Positions 62,874 to 64,000 of a stretch of DNA of 64,000 nt are shown piece after piece. Location: the NCBI GenBank assembly GCA_016699695.1, contig CP065006.1:3229435-3293434 (forward strand), written 5' to 3'. The notes beneath the pieces are model-generated. The model saw only the letters and a list, made by a program, of their open reading frames with translations. It did no database searches and was not told the origin of the DNA. This stretch comes from Bacteroidota bacterium (lineage in GTDB: Bacteria; Bacteroidota; Bacteroidia; Bacteroidales; UBA10428). Within the stretch, counting starts at the first letter, position 1; the number at the start of each line of letters is the position of its first letter. The translations under genes and the position numbers were made by a program.

Positions 62874-64000
62874 ATGGAATCGATTAAAGCGATATATAAA
62901 ACCGGGCATGGCCCATCGAGCAGCCATACTATGGGGCCACGATTGGCAGCCAAACAGTTTCTGACAAAAAACTCCCAGGCAGCGCGTTTCGAAGTTAGTC
63001 TTTATGGCAGCCTTGCTGCTACAGGGCTTGGTCATTTGACCTTTCAAACAATCGAAGAAATTTTTGCAGGTAAGAAGCTAGCTATCGAGGGTAAGCCCAA
63101 TGAGTTTCTTAAAAAGCATTCCAATGCCATGCGCTTTAAAGCGTTTGATAAGCAGGAAAACTTGCTGCAGGAGTGGGTGGCTTACAGTGTAGGGGGTGGT
63201 AACATTATCGACGACGATACACGGCTCGAAGAGAAGATGATTTACCCGCTCCGGTCGATGGAGAAAATTCTGGAATGGTGCTACGAAAATGGCAAGAGCA
63301 TATGGGAGTATGCAGAGAAATATGAGGATAGCGATTTATGGGATTACCTGCGCGACGCCTGGGAGGTGATGAAAGACTCTATTGCCAGGGGCTTGGATTC
63401 TGAAGGTGCATTGCCAGGTAAACTTAAGCTGCCACGCAAAGCCGGGAGTGTATACCTGAAGGCACAAAACTTTAAAGACTATATTCGACGTCGAAGCATG
63501 CTTTACGCATATGCCTTGGCTGTTTCGGAAGAAAATGCCTCGGGAGGTAAAATTGTGACAGCTCCAACCTGTGGTGCCTGTGGTGTTATGCCTGCTATTT
63601 TGTATTATCACCAGAAAAACTATAAAACCTTCGACAGTAAAATTCTCAAGGCTATGGCTACGGCAGGCATTATCGGCAACCTGGTAAAAACCAATGCCTC
63701 CATTTCGGGAGCCGAAGTAGGTTGCCAGGGCGAAGTAGGCACTGCCTGTGCGATGGCTTCGGGCGCACTGACCCAATTGCACGGTGGCAGTATTTTTCAG
63801 ATTGAATATGCTGCTGAAATGGGTTTAGAGCACCATCTTGGCCTTACCTGCGATCCGGTTTTTGGGTTGGTGCAAATACCCTGTATTGAGCGGAATGCCT
63901 TTGCTGCTGCCCGGGCATTGAACCATAAAGATTATGCTATGCTTTCTGATGGAAGGCACCTCATTGGTTTCGATAAAGTAGTGGCTACCATGAACCAAAC
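62874..64000 (+). CDS. sdaA: L-serine ammonia-lyase (iron-sulfur-dependent, single-chain), 3'-truncated by the window end
   Basis: Hand translation from the ATG at 62874 is open to 64000. It reads MESIKAIYKTGHGPSSSHTMGP..., APTCGACGVMPA, GAEVGCQGEVGTACAMA and IPCIERNAFAA, which are the beta- and alpha-domain motifs. It is not in the ORF track because it has no stop in the window. Confidence 0.88.
   Translation, partial: MESIKAIYKTGHGPSSSHTMGPRLAAKQFLTKNSQAARFEVSLYGSLAATGLGHLTFQTIEEIFAGKKLAIEGKPNEFLKKHSNAMRFKAFDKQENLLQEWVAYSVGGGNIIDDDTRLEEKMIYPLRSMEKILEWCYENGKSIWEYAEKYEDSDLWDYLRDAWEVMKDSIARGLDSEGALPGKLKLPRKAGSVYLKAQNFKDYIRRRSMLYAYALAVSEENASGGKIVTAPTCGACGVMPAILYYHQKNYKTFDSKILKAMATAGIIGNLVKTNASISGAEVGCQGEVGTACAMASGALTQLHGGSIFQIEYAAEMGLEHHLGLTCDPVFGLVQIPCIERNAFAAARALNHKDYAMLSDGRHLIGFDKVVATMNQ

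Noticed and set aside
62859-63782. Minus-strand ORFs of 62 aa and 148 aa near the right edge.
   Set aside because: Both are antisense to the L-serine dehydratase reading frame, which is open from 62874 to the window end and carries unmistakable family motifs.

Overview
This 64 kb window looks like a Bacteroidota chromosome. The evidence is a V-type ATPase operon with DUF2764, several DUF4293/DUF1573/DUF3276-type genes, and many TAnnTTTG -7 promoter boxes. Most of it is housekeeping: the V-ATPase operon E-DUF2764-A-B-D-I (1..5529, minus), ttcA-like, purC, phoH, mazG, nusB, pdxB, pfk, dnaA, pyrBI, rny, zapA, anmK, rplS, tRNA-Arg(ACG), DAHP synthase, an MsbA-like ABC exporter, an M1 peptidase and a truncated L-serine dehydratase at the right edge. 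Signalling genes are dense: five histidine-kinase-like proteins, two receivers and one ECF sigma. I found no CRISPR array, cas gene, transposase, integrase or rRNA. The most interesting region is 19.2-25.1 kb. It holds an ECF sigma factor, an exported TPR-CHAT caspase-like protease and a single-pass TPR protein that looks like an anti-sigma. It also holds a 44-aa ORF absent from the supplied track, whose sequence matches the double-glycine leader consensus LSxxELxxIxGG exactly. That ORF is followed by two long hairpins with unrelated stems around a conserved 18-mer. The sigma/TPR-CHAT pairing recalls the Csx29/Csx30/RpoE module of type III-E CRISPR loci, but there is no Cas7-11 or array and the predicted topology is extracytoplasmic. 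A second unannotated element is a roughly 200-nt rod-like RNA between zapA and rny, which I call a 6S RNA candidate. All calls come from reading the sequence and the ORF track; no database search was run.
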